Shown: positions 1-14,206, counted from the stretch's first letter. The stretch is 64,000 nt of DNA from Amoebidium appalachense (GCA_963693365.1 CAVNZM010000003.1:12863252-12927251), one strand, 5' to 3'. Translations and numbers: made by a program. The notes: generated by a model from the sequence alone, not told the origin.

Positions 1-566
1 GGGGACAGACATACAGCCCAAGGATTGGCCCCCACAGGGTGCCCGGTGGTGGGGGGGGGGGGGGGGTTCCGCTTTTTTTTGCCTTTTATGGGCACGAAAG
101 ACCCCTGTCATGCTGCCACCGGCATACAACGTGGCAGACATGTAGCAGGGGTCCATACCCCGGTGTTCAACCCGGGGGACAGACACACAGCCCCAGGATT
201 GGCCCCCACAGGGTGCCTGGTGGGGAGGGGGGGGGGGGTTCCGCTTTTTTTGCCTTTTTTGGGCACGAAAGACCCCCTGTCATGCTGCCACAGGCATACA
301 AACGTGGCAGACATGTAGCAGGGGTCCATACCTCGGTGTTCAACCCGGGGACAGACACACAGCCCCAGGATTGGCCCCCACAGGGTGCCCGGTGTGTGTG
401 GAGGGGGGGGGGGGCGCTTTTTTGCCTTTTTTGGGCACGAAAGACCCCCTGGCATGCTGCCACGGGCATACAAACGTGGCAGACATGTAGCAGGGGTCCA
501 TACCTTGAAGAAAACAACGGGGGACAGACATACAGCCCAAGGATTGGCCCCCACAGGGTGCCTGGT

Positions 567-663
<97 letters not shown>
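1..663. repeat. ~173-bp tandem satellite (about 3.3 units) ending in a ~100-bp poly-G tract
   Basis: GGGGACAGAC(A/C)..ACAGCCC..GGATTGGCCCCCACAGGGTGCC recurs at about 1, 175, 347 and 519; the G run spans about 566-663. Confidence 0.9.
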
Positions 664-665
<2 letters not shown>

Positions 666-934
666 GGTTAGGGCTGAGTTGTAATACCCGTGCATTGCGA
701 TGGGCAAGTTGTGCACAGTGGATAAAAATATGAATTTATTCTATCAAATCACAAACTAACTTTTTTCTATCCAATCACAAACTTGATTCAAATCTGGATC
801 ATAAATCATCAATTTTGCACACTGTCACACGTGTGCACGTTTCCAGATCCATTCCGGCCATCAAACTACCATACATACTCAACCAGGATGCCAAAACCTC
901 TGCAAACTAATAAGGTGAGTGTGTGTGCTTTTTT

Positions 935-3700
935 TTTTGCTGCCGTGTGCTGGTATTCCGTGCGCGCACACACTGCGTCCCTGCGGCCTCAGCGCCTCGG
1001 CAGCGTGGTGTGTGTGTGCCCGCCCTTTTTGGCAATCTCCGCTCAAGTTCAAAGCTTTTGCGTTTTTTGCTTTTTTTTCACGTGTGTTTTTGCTGCCGTG
1101 TGCTGGTATTCCGTGCGCGCACACACTGCGTCCCTGCGGCCTCAGCGCCTCGGCAGTGTGGTGTGTGTGTGTGTGTGTGTGCCGGCCCTTTTTGGAAATC
1201 TCCGCACGAGTTCAAAGCTTTCGCGTTTTTTGCTTTTTTTGACCGTGTGTTTTTGCTGCCGTGTGCTGGTATTCCGTGCGCGCACACACCATGTCCCTGC
1301 GGCCTCAGCGCCTCGGCAGCATGGTGTGTGTGTGTGTGTGTGCCGGCCCTTTTTGGCAATCTCCGCACGAGTTCAAAGCTTTCGCGTTTTTTGCTTTTTT
1401 TGACCGTGTGTTTTTGCTGCTGTGTGCTGGTATTCCGTGCGCGCACACACCGTGTCCCTGCGGCCTCAGCGCCTCGGCAGCATGGTGTGTGTGTGTGTGT
1501 GTGCCGGCCCTTTTTGGCAATCTCCGCACGAGTTCAAAGCTTTCGCGTTTTTTGCTTTTTTTGACCCGGTCCGTGTTTTTGCTGCCGTGTGCTGGTATTC
1601 CGTGCGCGCACACACTGCGTCCCTGCGGCCTCAGCGCCTCGGCAGCGTGGTGTGTGTGTGTGTGTGCCCCAGCCCTTTTTGGCAATCTCCGCTCGAGTTC
1701 AAAGCTTTCGCGTTTTTTGCTTTTTTTGACCGTGTGTTTTTGCTGCCGTGTGCTGGTATTCCGTGCGCGCACACACTGCGTCCCTGCGGCCTCAGCGCCT
1801 CGGCAGCGTGGTGTGTGTGTGTGTGTGCCCCGGCCCTTTTTGGCAATCTCCGCACGAGTTCAAAGCTTTCGCGTTTTTTTGCTTTTTTTGACTGTGTGTT
1901 TTTGCTGCCGTGTGCTGGTATTCCGTGCGCGCACACACTGCGTCCCTGCGGCCTCAGCGCCTCGGCAGCGTGGTGTGTGTGTGTGTGTGTGCCGGCCCTT
2001 TTTGGCAATCTCCGCACGAGTTCAAAGCTTTCGCGTTTTTTGCTTTTTTGGACCATGTGTTTTTGCTGCCGTGTGCTGGTATTCCATGCGCGCACACACT
2101 GCGCCCCGGCGGCCTCAGCGCCTCGGCAGCGTGGTGTGTGTGTGTGTGTGTGCCAGCCCTTTTTGGCAATCTCCGCCCGAGTTCAAAGCTTTCGCGTTTT
2201 TTGCTTTTTTTGACCGTGTGTTTTTGCTGCCGTGTGCTGGTATTCCGTGCGCGCACACACTGCGTCCCTGCGGCCTCAGCGCCTCAGCAGCGTGGTGTGT
2301 GTGTGTGTGTGTGCCGGCCCTTTTAGGCAATCTTCACACGAGTTCAAAGCTTCCGCGTTTTTTGCTTTTTTTGACCGTGTGTTTTTGCTGCCGTGTGCTG
2401 GTATTCCGTGCGCGCACACACTGCGTCCCTGCGGCCTCAGCGCCTCGGTAGCGTGGTGTGTGTGTGTGTGTGTGCCGGCCCTTTTTGGCAATCTCCGCAC
2501 GAGTTCAAAGCTTTCGCGTTTTTTGCTTTTTTTGACCGTGTGTTTTTGCTGCCGTGTGCTGGTATTCCGTGCGCGCACACACTGCGTCCCTGCGGCCTCA
2601 GCGCCTCGGCAGCGTGGTGTGTGTGTGTGTGTGTGTGCCGGCCCTTTTTGGCAATCTCCGCACGAGTTCAAAGCTTTCGCGTTTTTTGCTTTTTTTGACC
2701 GTGTGTTTTTGCTGCCGTGTGCTGGTATTCCGTGCGCGCACACACTGCGTCCCTGCGGCCTCAGCGCCTCGGCAGCGTGGTGTGTGTGTGTGTGTGCCGG
2801 CCCTTTTTGGCAATCTCCGCTCGAGTTCAAAGCTTTCCCGTTTTTTGCTTTTTTTGACCATGTGTTTTTGCTGCCGTGTGCGGGTATTCCGTGCGCGTAC
2901 ACACCGCGTCCCTGCGGCCTCAGCGCCTAGGCAGCGTGGTGTGTGTGTGTGTGTGTGCCCCAGCCCTTTGTGGTAATCTCCGCTCGAGTTCAAAGCTTTC
3001 GCGTTTTTTGCTTTTTCGACCGTGTGTTTTTGCTGCCGTGCGCGCACACACTGCGTCCCTGCGGCCTCAGCGCCTCGGCAGCATGGTTTGTGTGTGTGTG
3101 TGTGTGTGCCGGCCCTTTTTGGCAATCTGCACCCGAGTTCAAAGCTTTCACGGTTTTTGCTTTTTTTTGACCGTGTGTTTTTGCTGCCGTGTGCTGGTAT
3201 TCCGTGTGCGTACACACTGCGTCCCTGTGGCCTCAGCGCCTTGGCAGCGTGGTGTGTGTGTGTGTGTGTGTGTGTGTGCCGGCCCTTTTTGGCAATCTCC
3301 ACCCGAGTTCAAAGCTTTCACGTTTTTTTGCTTTTTTTGACCGCGTGTCTGCCTCCCGTGTGTTTTTGGTGCCATGTGCTGGTATTCCGTGCGCGTACAC
3401 ACTGCGTCCCTGCGGCCTCGGCGCCTCGGCAGCGTGGTGTGTGTGCATGCGTGTGTGCATTTTTTTGCAACTGTTTGCACACGTTTTTGTGGCGAACTTT
3501 TTGCTGCTTTTTTCACGTTTTTTGGTGCATGTGTGTCTATGGCTGCAAGCCTTTTCTTGCACTGTGCGCGTACACACAGCGTCCCTGTGGCCTCGGCGCC
3601 TTGGCTGCGTGGTGTGTGTGCGTGCGTGTGTGCATTTTTTGCGACTGTTTGCACGCGCTTTTGTGTCGAACTTTTTGCTGCTTTTTTCACGTTTTTTGTT
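935..3700. repeat. ~161-bp tandem satellite with an internal (TG)n, about 16-17 units, degenerating at the 3' end
   Basis: The unit TGCTGCCGTGTGCTGGTATTCCGTGCGCGCACACACTGCGTCCCTGCGGCCTCAGCGCCTCGGCAGC...GAGTTCAAAGCTTTCGCG recurs about every 161 bp. Confidence 0.95.
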
Positions 3701-3784
3701 GTATCAGTGTTTACAGCTGCATGCCTTGTTATAGTGTTCGTGTGCACCATCTGTCACCAATGAGTGACAGGTGTTCATTTTCAG

Positions 3785-3913
3785 ATCAAGGAGAGTGCCA
3801 ACGAGACCATGGATAAGGACTCAGACATCAAGGCCCTCCAGGCTATGTTTGTCTTCTTCATGGAGGCGGGAAGCGGCAACAACTTGAATGAGAAGATTGG
3901 AAAAACAGTTCCT
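3785..3913 (+). other. Putative host exon (IKESANETMDKDSDIKALQAMFVFFMEAGSGNNLNEKIGKTVP); possible partner exon at 847-914
   Basis: Flanked by a TTTTCAG acceptor and a GTAAGT donor, with 129 nt open. The upstream candidate exon is bounded by TTCCAG and AAG|GTGAGT. Confidence 0.4.
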
Positions 3914-4140
3914 GTAAGTACCCATAGCATGTTGTAGGTATAGCATGATACAGGGGCTTAAATTTGCTATCTGCGTGGCTGATCGTGGGCACTCTGTAGT
4001 TATAACCAAATACTTATTACAACTCTGGCCAACAGAAGTTACTTTGGATTGTGATGGAGTATCTATCAACCGAGCACACAACGGTCTTGTCGTTGTTGCC
4101 TTTCAGCGCGTTGAGAAGGTTCCCCGCTATGCGTGCCTCA

Positions 4141-4761
4141 TCACCCCCGCTCCCGCCCTTGTCGCTGTGGTAAATCCATGTAGCGCAGAACCTCCTTCTT
4201 CACAGCGCACATTTCTTCAACGGTGGGCTTGATATGGCAGTCCAGCAGCGCGTGCTTGCTGCGGTCCTGGTTGGGAAAGGCAAACGCACACAGCCACCGT
4301 TTGTGCGTGGCGTGCCTGTCCGCAGCATACATCAGACGGTGCAGGCAGTTCTCGCCCCACTCAACCTGCCCGGCAAACACCCCCTCCAGGCTGGTCTGTG
4401 CGCGGCTCACCACACCCGCGGCCTCCCTCGCCAGTGCCGCCCTCCGCGCCGCTTTGGTCAGCGTCTTCTTGTAGCCTGCCTTTGCGCGCTGCGCAATCTT
4501 GCGGCTCGCCTCTCGCACACGGGGCTGCTCAGCAACACACCGTGCGTCCCTGCACCTGGCCACGTGCACTGCATACGCAGACCGCGACGCCACCAGAGCC
4601 CCGCACTCGGCCCTGGTCAGCCCCAGCTGCACAACCATGCCGTCATCCAGCCCACAGTCCAGGTGGTGCGGGCGCCGCTTGTTGCAGTGCAGGACGAGGG
4701 CCTCGCGCGTGGCCGCAAACCCGCACGCACAGGTGGCATACAACGGGGAATGGGTGGCCAT
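4141..4761 (-). CDS. Hypothetical protein (206 aa), Cys/His-rich N-terminus and basic helical middle
   Basis: ATG at 4761 (MATHSPLYATCACG...); non-repetitive GC-rich ORF; no family recognised. Confidence 0.5.
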   Translation of the reverse strand: MATHSPLYATCACGFAATREALVLHCNKRRPHHLDCGLDDGMVVQLGLTRAECGALVASRSAYAVHVARCRDARCVAEQPRVREASRKIAQRAKAGYKKTLTKAARRAALAREAAGVVSRAQTSLEGVFAGQVEWGENCLHRLMYAADRHATHKRWLCAFAFPNQDRSKHALLDCHIKPTVEEMCAVKKEVLRYMDLPQRQGRERG

Positions 4762-5055
4762 GTTGTTGCAGGGCTGGCAGACACAGACTGCCCATGTATA
4801 CTGTATGCAAGATAATTTTTGCGGGTTGCAATGCTGGCACAGAGGGCCCCGTGGGGCATTGGGGGCTGGTTGGTGCAGGTGTGGGGTCCCAGTGGACATT
4901 GTTTGCTGGTTGTTGTATGGTTTGGGCACACTTGGGCCTGGTAAATACTCACCAAAGAGGCCGGTTTGACGTCATATAGAACTACCCCCCTCTTTTTGAC
5001 TTGACTATGCGAGCAAAGCCGTGTCCCACAGGTTTTTTTCAGTGCGGAGCTCAAA

Positions 5056-5973
5056 ATGAATGTAAACCCTCACCCATTCTACCAACAGGTCAACCCGCGG
5101 ACATGGGAGATAATCCTAAACCGGTGGAATACGGAAAACCCCCAGGTCCGAGAAAGAAACTGGCAGACACTTGAGCACTGCTGGGACATGCTCGGCCACC
5201 AAACGTTCATGCCCTCCAATGTGATACGAGAGGGTCATATTTCCAATGGGCAGTTGGTTTCCCCGCCAACAATCATTATGGAGACAGAGATATTTGACCC
5301 TGCCATCATCCAACAGCCTCCTGCAGAGGGGCCGTACATCCAAAAACAGTACAAGACGACATTGTATGGGAACTGCCCAGATTCAGGGCTTATTGGGAAG
5401 GTCTTTGCCATTGAAGCCACTTTTGAACTAAACAACATGGTGGTGAGAACTAGGCTGTACAAGCAAGCTAATGGCATGGGAAAGAGTTTCCGCATAGGCA
5501 GCAGGTTTTTGTGGCTGTATATGCCCACCGCAGCGTACTTATTGGAACATTTAGGACCACCGAACGCACCATTCACTTTGGTACCCCCTGGGATAGACAT
5601 CACACTACGTTTCTACAACTTAGACTTCATGAACCGCACGGCTGATGTGGCAACACTGTGGCCAGGCAAGCAGCCTGGGTGTTACAAGTTCCCTCTACGG
5701 CGGGTTCTCCGTGGCCTGCCAGCCCATCACAGACCATATCTGGTTGGGCATTTGTGTCCCATATGTATGGACCCGCTCAGGCCCAACGGTGACGTGATGA
5801 TTTTGAAACACACAAATGCAAACCAACACTTCACCATGGGCCAGCTGCACGTTGGCCACTATGAATGTTTTGCTATGCACGTAGCAAGAAGAAGCACTTG
5901 TCCAGAGTGCGGAGCCCAAGTGGATTGCGCCACTGACATCGAGCCACACCCACACTTTTGTCCCGTCATGTGA
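5056..5973 (+). CDS. Protein with C-terminal RING-like zinc finger (putative E3 ligase)
   Basis: AAAATG start context; motif CPIC...H...HVGHYEC...CPEC near the C-terminus. Confidence 0.7.
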   Translation: MNVNPHPFYQQVNPRTWEIILNRWNTENPQVRERNWQTLEHCWDMLGHQTFMPSNVIREGHISNGQLVSPPTIIMETEIFDPAIIQQPPAEGPYIQKQYKTTLYGNCPDSGLIGKVFAIEATFELNNMVVRTRLYKQANGMGKSFRIGSRFLWLYMPTAAYLLEHLGPPNAPFTLVPPGIDITLRFYNLDFMNRTADVATLWPGKQPGCYKFPLRRVLRGLPAHHRPYLVGHLCPICMDPLRPNGDVMILKHTNANQHFTMGQLHVGHYECFAMHVARRSTCPECGAQVDCATDIEPHPHFCPVM

Positions 5974-6117
5974 TGCCTGGCTGGCCAGGCGGAATCGCAA
6001 CGACGTGCTATCGTCTGCCAGTGGGGGGAATGCTTGCGAATCCACCGACGGGTAACTACAAAAAAAAAAAAAAAAAAGATAAGAAACTCAAAACAAGCAC
6101 TGTAACCCCATCACCCG

Positions 6118-8049
6118 TCACACGTAGAGCTCCGGTTGCTGCTGCCGGGCCTGCCTGTATGCCTCCTCAAGTATCCCCGTGTCCTCCGATGTGTACCGAT
6201 TGACCTGCATGGGTTCCCCATTCATTCTCTTGATGGTTACGCTGTTGGGCACCCGGCGGCCGTGTTTGGCCCTGTACAGTTTGGATGCAAACACCCCCAC
6301 CACACGGCACTGCTCGGGGGTGTGCTTTCTGCCTGTGTGCTTCCGCATCCAATTTGAAACTGTCACAGCCTCTGGCTCATTGTTGTCATCTGAGTCATTG
6401 ATACCGGGCTGTGGTGCGATACCAGTGCTCTGCTGCCCGCCTTGCACCAGGTTCTTGAATGTGTCAACCAGGGCCATGCAAATCGCAGCGCCTTTCTCTG
6501 GCCCAAACACGCCGAATCTATCAACATCCCCCACGACGCTGTCCCTGAGCGCACGCACCATGTCAAAACGGCCCTTCTGTATGTCAAACCAGGCCTTTTC
6601 CACCGCCACCTCTCGCTCCTCGAGGGCCACCCGCCGCTCACGATAATCTAGGTTGTCCATCTCCATGCGCCGCCCTGCAGCCCGCGCCTGTTCCTCGAGC
6701 TCTTCCTCTAGGCCCTCCCGGTGCCGTTTCCGCTCCTTGCTTTCCTCCACCCCCGCACGGAAGAACTCGCGCTCCTCGCTGGTGCTTGACAAAAAACGCT
6801 TCTCAATCTCCTCTACCAGGGTGAGGTCACCGGCAAGGAGCCGGGAGATGTACTTTGCGCTCTGCTGGCGCACATGGCTGGCCCGCTTGCCAGGAAGAAT
6901 GTAAATGAGCTCCAGGAGTGTGGTGAAGGTGGCAACGGGCACTGGGCGCTTGCTGCCTTGGAGCTGCACATACTTGACCCGTTTGACTGTATCGAGGACT
7001 GTGGATGTGGGTTCTAGCAGCGCCTGCTTGGCTACCAGATTGATTGCCCACTGATTGTTAGAATCCGAAACGTTCTCGTCGGTGCCCAAAACATTCTCCT
7101 TGGTATGGGATGGCGAGGTATCAGTACCTATAGTTGACCCACCCTCGGTATTCGAAAGATTCTCCTTGGGCTGGGCTGCTGAAGTATCAGTACCCATAGT
7201 TGACCCATCAGCATCAGTGGTCTCTTCCAAATTCATAGATAACTGGTTGTTATTTCTAAATTTAGAGGGGGCAGTTGTCTCTTCCAATAAATATCCAAGC
7301 CGTTTCCATGCCATGCGAGCTGCTCCTCTTGCCCCCAGAACCAGCTCAAACACGTCCACCACCGAAGCCATATTCACACCGCCATCACATTTGGTGCGTA
7401 TGTTGGCCCCTGCAAACAACGGAAACTCCTTCACGAGCTGTTGCAGCACACATGGCACAGGTGTGGCGTCCTCTGTCGCGGTCTCCGCCACAGAGGGTGC
7501 GGGTGCCGTGCTAGGCTCCGCCACAGGGGGTGCGGGGGCAGTGCTATGCCCACCTGGGGAGGCGTGAACATTGGGTGCTGGCTTGACGGCCTCTGCAATG
7601 GTCTCCACCACAGGAGGTGCCGGGCAGGGTTGGGCTGGCGGTGTGGTGCGGGTAATGGGACAGGCCTTGTTTTTCCGCGCTTTGGCGTTGTCAAGATCTA
7701 CATCAGGCATGAACAAGTTGCGGGCACAATCCACCTGCTTCAGTGTCCACGGCAGCTTTGTGGCTGTTCTTTGCAAAACCTGCTTCATGGTATCTGGGCG
7801 TACACATTTCTTAAGTGCAATTGTGATTCGACTTCTGACTTCTGACACCTCTGTCCTATCCACTGCGATGATCTCAAATTTGCCAGGGAAAGGCCTGAAC
7901 AGTGCATCTAGGATCTCAGACGCAAACACGGTGGGGGTCATGACTGCATAGCAATCGCACCAACGATTGTTTTCCTTCACAGACAATGGCTGCACACGCA
8001 GCCCTTCGTGCCTGACAGGCATGGGGTAGCGAGTGCCTGTGGGGGCCAT
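6118..8049 (-). CDS. Bro-N/antirepressor-like viral DNA-binding protein with coiled coil
   Basis: ASVVDVFELV..AARMAWKRL...PVPVAT..LLELIYILPGKRASHVRQQSAKYISRLLAGDLTLVEEIE resembles the Bro-N-like domain of large DNA viruses. It is followed by an E/R coiled coil and a C-terminal SKLYRAKHG..P...VNRY domain. Confidence 0.65.
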   Translation of the reverse strand: MAPTGTRYPMPVRHEGLRVQPLSVKENNRWCDCYAVMTPTVFASEILDALFRPFPGKFEIIAVDRTEVSEVRSRITIALKKCVRPDTMKQVLQRTATKLPWTLKQVDCARNLFMPDVDLDNAKARKNKACPITRTTPPAQPCPAPPVVETIAEAVKPAPNVHASPGGHSTAPAPPVAEPSTAPAPSVAETATEDATPVPCVLQQLVKEFPLFAGANIRTKCDGGVNMASVVDVFELVLGARGAARMAWKRLGYLLEETTAPSKFRNNNQLSMNLEETTDADGSTMGTDTSAAQPKENLSNTEGGSTIGTDTSPSHTKENVLGTDENVSDSNNQWAINLVAKQALLEPTSTVLDTVKRVKYVQLQGSKRPVPVATFTTLLELIYILPGKRASHVRQQSAKYISRLLAGDLTLVEEIEKRFLSSTSEEREFFRAGVEESKERKRHREGLEEELEEQARAAGRRMEMDNLDYRERRVALEEREVAVEKAWFDIQKGRFDMVRALRDSVVGDVDRFGVFGPEKGAAICMALVDTFKNLVQGGQQSTGIAPQPGINDSDDNNEPEAVTVSNWMRKHTGRKHTPEQCRVVGVFASKLYRAKHGRRVPNSVTIKRMNGEPMQVNRYTSEDTGILEEAYRQARQQQPELYV

Positions 8050-8179
8050 GATCTCACACCTATGCACAGAAAAAAACTGACAAGCGCGCGTCTGGTTGCT
8101 AAATCAAATCCTACTAGATTTCATGTCATACACAATAGAACATATCCACGTCACGTGACAAACAACCCCCCCTCCCCCA

Positions 8180-9585
<1,406 letters not shown>

Positions 9586-9894
9586 TGTACTATGTATAGT
9601 CCACCCAATTTTACTATATAAACTTGTGATACAACACGGTATAATAAATGTATACGCAGGGGATAGCGAGTATATCAATATACTTGCAGATAGATACACA
9701 CCACCATCATGATATAGGTAACAACCATGTATACACAGGGGATAGTGAGTATATCAATACACTTGCAGATAGATAGACAGGGAATATCACTTGTTGTATA
9801 TACATACATGTCTTGTGTACAGGCATGCAACGGGTACATATATTTATCACTAACCAGGGTTTGAGGGGTGGGGAATATAGGACAGGGAGAATAT

Positions 9895-9979
9895 ACAGGG
9901 ATACATATACTTATCCATACCGTATGTATTTTGAAACCATGGCCCAAAAAGGGAGGTTGGTTGGTTGAGGGCAACATAC

Positions 9980-10050
<71 letters not shown>

Positions 10051-10745
10051 GGTAGGGGGAGGGGTATAGAGGGCACATAGTGCATGCAGGGATACATATA
10101 CTTATCCATACCGTATGTATTTTGAAACCATGGCCCAAAAAGGGAGGTTGGTTGGTTGAGGGTAACATACACATGTGTGTGTGCGTGTGCGTGTGTGTGT
10201 GTGTGTGCGTGTGTGTGTGTGTTGGTAAGGGGGGGGGAGGGGTATAGAGGGCATACAGTGCATGCAGGGATACATATACTTATCCATACCGTATGTATTT
10301 TGAAACCATGGCCCAAAAAGGGAGGTTGGTTGGTTGAGGGTAACATACACATGTGTGTGTGTGTGTGCGTGTGTGTGTGTGTGTGCGTGTGTGTGTGTGT
10401 GTGCGTGTGTGTGTGTGTGTGTGTGCGTGTGTGTGTGTTGGTAGGGAGAGGGGTATAGAGGGCACAAAGGGAGGTTGGTTGGTTGAGGGTAACATACACA
10501 TGTGTGTGTGCGTGTGCGTGTGTGTGTGTGTGTGCGTGTGTGTGTGTGTTGGTAAGGGGGGGGGGAGGGGTATAGAGGGCATACAGTGCATGCAGGGATA
10601 CATATACTTATCCATACCGTATGTATTTTGAAACCATGGCCCAAAAAGGGAGGTTGGTTGGTTGAGGGTAACATACACATGTGTGTGTGCGTGTGCGTGT
10701 GTGTGTGTGTGTGTGCGTGTGTGTGTGTGTTGGTAAGGGGGGGGG
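9895..10745 (-). repeat. Same array in inverted orientation (right arm, first part)
   Basis: Reverse complement of the 8180-9585 unit; interrupted at 10745 by the TIR element. Confidence 0.95.
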
Positions 10746-10939
10746 TGTTGCAGGCCAAAGTGTCGTCCAGGCCAAAGTGTCGTCATCTCTAATTAAAATC
10801 CAGGTCGTCAAATTTGACTGGTCTAGGGGGAATATCGGGCAGGCCAAAATGCACCCCCCCCCCCCCTACTACCCTGGGTGACAGGGGGGTCAGAGGGTTT
10901 GTATGACGTGGTGGGAGAAACACAGTGTGTGCGCGGCGG

Positions 10940-10973
<34 letters not shown>

Positions 10974-11702
10974 TAAACAATCATTGTCGTGACCTTAGCT
11001 TATGACATGTTTTGGCCGGAAAAAGATCATGTCTACTGTTACCAGTTTTTTTTCATCTTGGTGCAAATGATGTATTCGGGGGGGACCGGGGGGGGGGGGG
11101 GGGGGGTTGTGGTATAATCATTATAGTGTCCTGAGCTTGTTGCTTTGTGTGTTGGTCGAAAAGAAATCATGGCCAATGATAGCAGGATTTTACCAACTCG
11201 TTGCAAATGAGTGGTTTGTATGTATTTATCATGCCAATGGCATTGCCTTTACCTTACAGAAGCCATAATACACCATTATGATTTAGTCGTAATCATCTTG
11301 TATTCTTAATCATTCTTACATCACAATGTTAAAGTGGGTTTACATAGACTAAGTACCTCTCACATAGAATAAAACCCCGGGCCCCCCGCCGGCGGACAGC
11401 ATATATATTTTGTATGTTTTAGTTGTCACTACGTCACAAAGAACCATACACAGCATCCAATTCATGTTATATTCGTAAATATCTTCTAGGCACAATTTTC
11501 AATCTTGATCTTATACTTATACACCTACATGAAATAAACCCAGACAGCATGCAACCAGCACCGTGGCATTCATGGTGTATTTAAATACGAGCAGGCATTA
11601 AGTCCTTCATTCCAGTTCAAACGATAATGGCATGTTGGCAGCAAAAAACAAACAAAAAAGCCCAAAAAAAAACAAAAAAAACACCGATATCCACAAGGTC
11701 GT

Positions 11703-13750
11703 CTACACTACATCCACAGTTGACTTTGCATACGTCAGTTTGCGGGAGCCCACGCCTACCAGTGGTTCCTGGGCCGGCACATACACCATGAAGTTGAGAT
11801 GCACATCCTGTTGTAATACGTAGTATCTACATATTGTAAGATCTTCTCAGTTCGTGTTATGTTTTCGTTCATCAAGTTTACTTAGTGTAAAAGATGTGCT
11901 CCTTGTACGTAAATTATGACATCGATCTCCAGTGTGTTTGAGTACTTGTAATCGTTTTGTGTAGCCGGTGATAGGTTTTAAACATCACCTCTTTCCTCGT
12001 TACTTTTCACCTCATTACTTTCTTAGAGCTGTGACCTATGGTGTGCGTTCAACCTGTGTCTCCGGATCTATCCGGGAAATAATCATTTAATTGTGATTAA
12101 TTATTTTAGACATAGATCTGATTTCCGACTGGTCGGAAATCGTGTATGGATTTGACTTAAGGGAATTTCAGGTATTTATGCGAGATCGAAATAAATTGAG
12201 TTCAGTCGTGTCTAAACATTGATGTCTGTTGTGTACACTGCTCCGATCGTTCCGTGTTTTGTTGTTGTGTGTCTGTGGTGTTTTCACACTGCACCACTGT
12301 GTCTCTGCTTCCGTCCCAAATACTTATACAATTTTACACATCCTTAATGCGTGCCCAATTCAACTTAACATATAATGGGCACCAGCCTTCGCATTCGCCA
12401 CCTTCCCGAGACATTTGGACAGAGACATTGGTAGGTCCCGTGTTGCTCTCCCATAGCTCAGTGTCTGGTTTTTCAGTGGTCATTCCGAAACTGTCGCAGT
12501 GGAGATGATATGGCCTCCCATTTTTCCACGTGAATGCGGGTGCCACACCGAAAAAGTGACCTGATTTGTGAAGACCAATGTAGGCAAGATGGTATTGGCG
12601 CCCCATCAAGTTCGCGCAATTCATGACATGAACAGGCAGCAAGGACTAGGAAGTATTAAAACGTTGCCCCGCACCGTACCCTTGGAATTGCACGTTGTGC
12701 AAACCGAGGTTGGGCTTTGAAATTCCCTGCCATATTCAGTGCAGTCGCCATCGAAGAAATGGGTACCCGCTATGTTTTCTATGGGATTGACAATGTAAAT
12801 CTCCTTGTGGTCCATCCTTTCACGGCGAAGTCGGGTGCGAAGCTCGGCATCGATGGAACACAACACACGCGTAGACACGCCAGTGCATTTAACGCATGTA
12901 GCGGTTATGATTGTCACGTGAGGGGGTACCACGTTGTCTCGGAATAGCGAACGACTAGACCCATCCAGCGGGACACCCGTGAGGTAATCCGAACCGCTAA
13001 TGTCACATTGAAGCGCGTTGAGTCAAACAACTTGCCCGTTGAATTTTAATTATGTCCCCAATCCTGAATCGTGTTACCTTCCACACCCGTCACGTGCCAG
13101 ACGATGAGCAATGGCCCGGATATTTGCTGTATGCTTTTCGCGGTGCTTTAAGGCAGCAATCATCCGGTCCCAAACGTCCAGTCCGGTTGGCTTAAGATGT
13201 ACGGGTGGCACGTTGGATTTTATCAGCCCACAGTTTATTCCGTCCAATGCGAGTGATGATGAAACAGAAATTCATTTCCCATGAAAATCTTGGACGGAAA
13301 CCAAAGGTGTCGTTGCGGTTGAATGAGAAAGCATCCATCGGCACGGGGGTGACGTCATAAACTGGGTCTGCGCTGTTGCAGTACATAGTGTGTAAACACA
13401 GACTCACTGACATTCCCGGGCCATTTTGACCGGAGAGAGACGCCGTCGGGGATTGTGGGCACAGTGGGCAAGGGTTGCAATCATTGGTTGATGGGACTGG
13501 CGACACTGGTGGGTCCACTTCGGGTGTATACGACGTTGAGTCAGTTACCGAGTCGGGCTCCAGTGTCACCTTGGCACGCTTACGGGGCGGTTGTGCATTG
13601 GCGAAGGTGGTACTTGTGACTGGGCGCCGTCACCTGCACTAGTAAAACCCGACGACGATATTGGCGAAGCAGGATCCGACGACCCTGTGTTGTGTTCTGG
13701 CTCAGAGCGCACTGGTGTACCTGCCGGAAGCGACAGATAGGGTTTAGGGT
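11703..13750 (-). pseudogene. Decayed USP/C19-like cysteine protease, frameshifted and interrupted by a solo LTR
   Basis: Successive minus-strand fragments give a Cys box RFSWEMNFC, two CxxC pairs (CVKC, CTTC), a His box YHLAYIGLHKSGHFF and CDS. After removing the solo LTR the frame continues (WARIKD|VHLNFMVYVPAQ...VDVV*, stop at 11703). Confidence 0.5.
11809..12338 (+). mobile_element. Solo LTR (530 bp) related to the Copia element at 24365-31099
   Basis: TGTTGTAATACGTAGTAT...ATTTTACA ends, 5-bp TSD CATCC on both sides. The 5' and 3' portions match the Copia LTR; the middle differs. Confidence 0.9.
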
Positions 13751-13752
13751 TA

Positions 13753-13977
13753 GATGGATAATCAGGATGCAAGCGAATATTATATTCGCCTGGGGGTTGG
13801 ATACTCAGGGTCCGAGCGAATATCATATTCTCTTGGGGGTTGGATAATCAGGATCCGAGGAAAAAAAAAAATTCTTTTCTTTTTTTTTATATATATATAT
13901 TCGCCTGGGGGGATGGATAATCAGGATGCAAGCGAATATTATATTCGCCTGGGGGGATGGATAATCATGATGCGAGC

Positions 13978-14029
<52 letters not shown>

Positions 14030-14151
14030 TCGCCTGGGGGGATGGATGGATAATCAGGATGCGAGCGAATATTATATTCGCCTGGGGGTTGGATACTCAG
14101 GATCCGAGCGAATATTATATTCGCTTGGGGGTTGGATAATCAGGATCCGAG

Positions 14152-14206
<55 letters not shown>

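Noticed and set aside
25-3816. Many overlapping ORFs of 100-400 aa
   Set aside because: They are translations of satellites and poly-G, open in several frames on both strands.
13740-13753. Telomeric repeat seed (GGGTTTAGGGTTAG)
   Set aside because: Only about two imperfect units, compatible with chance.
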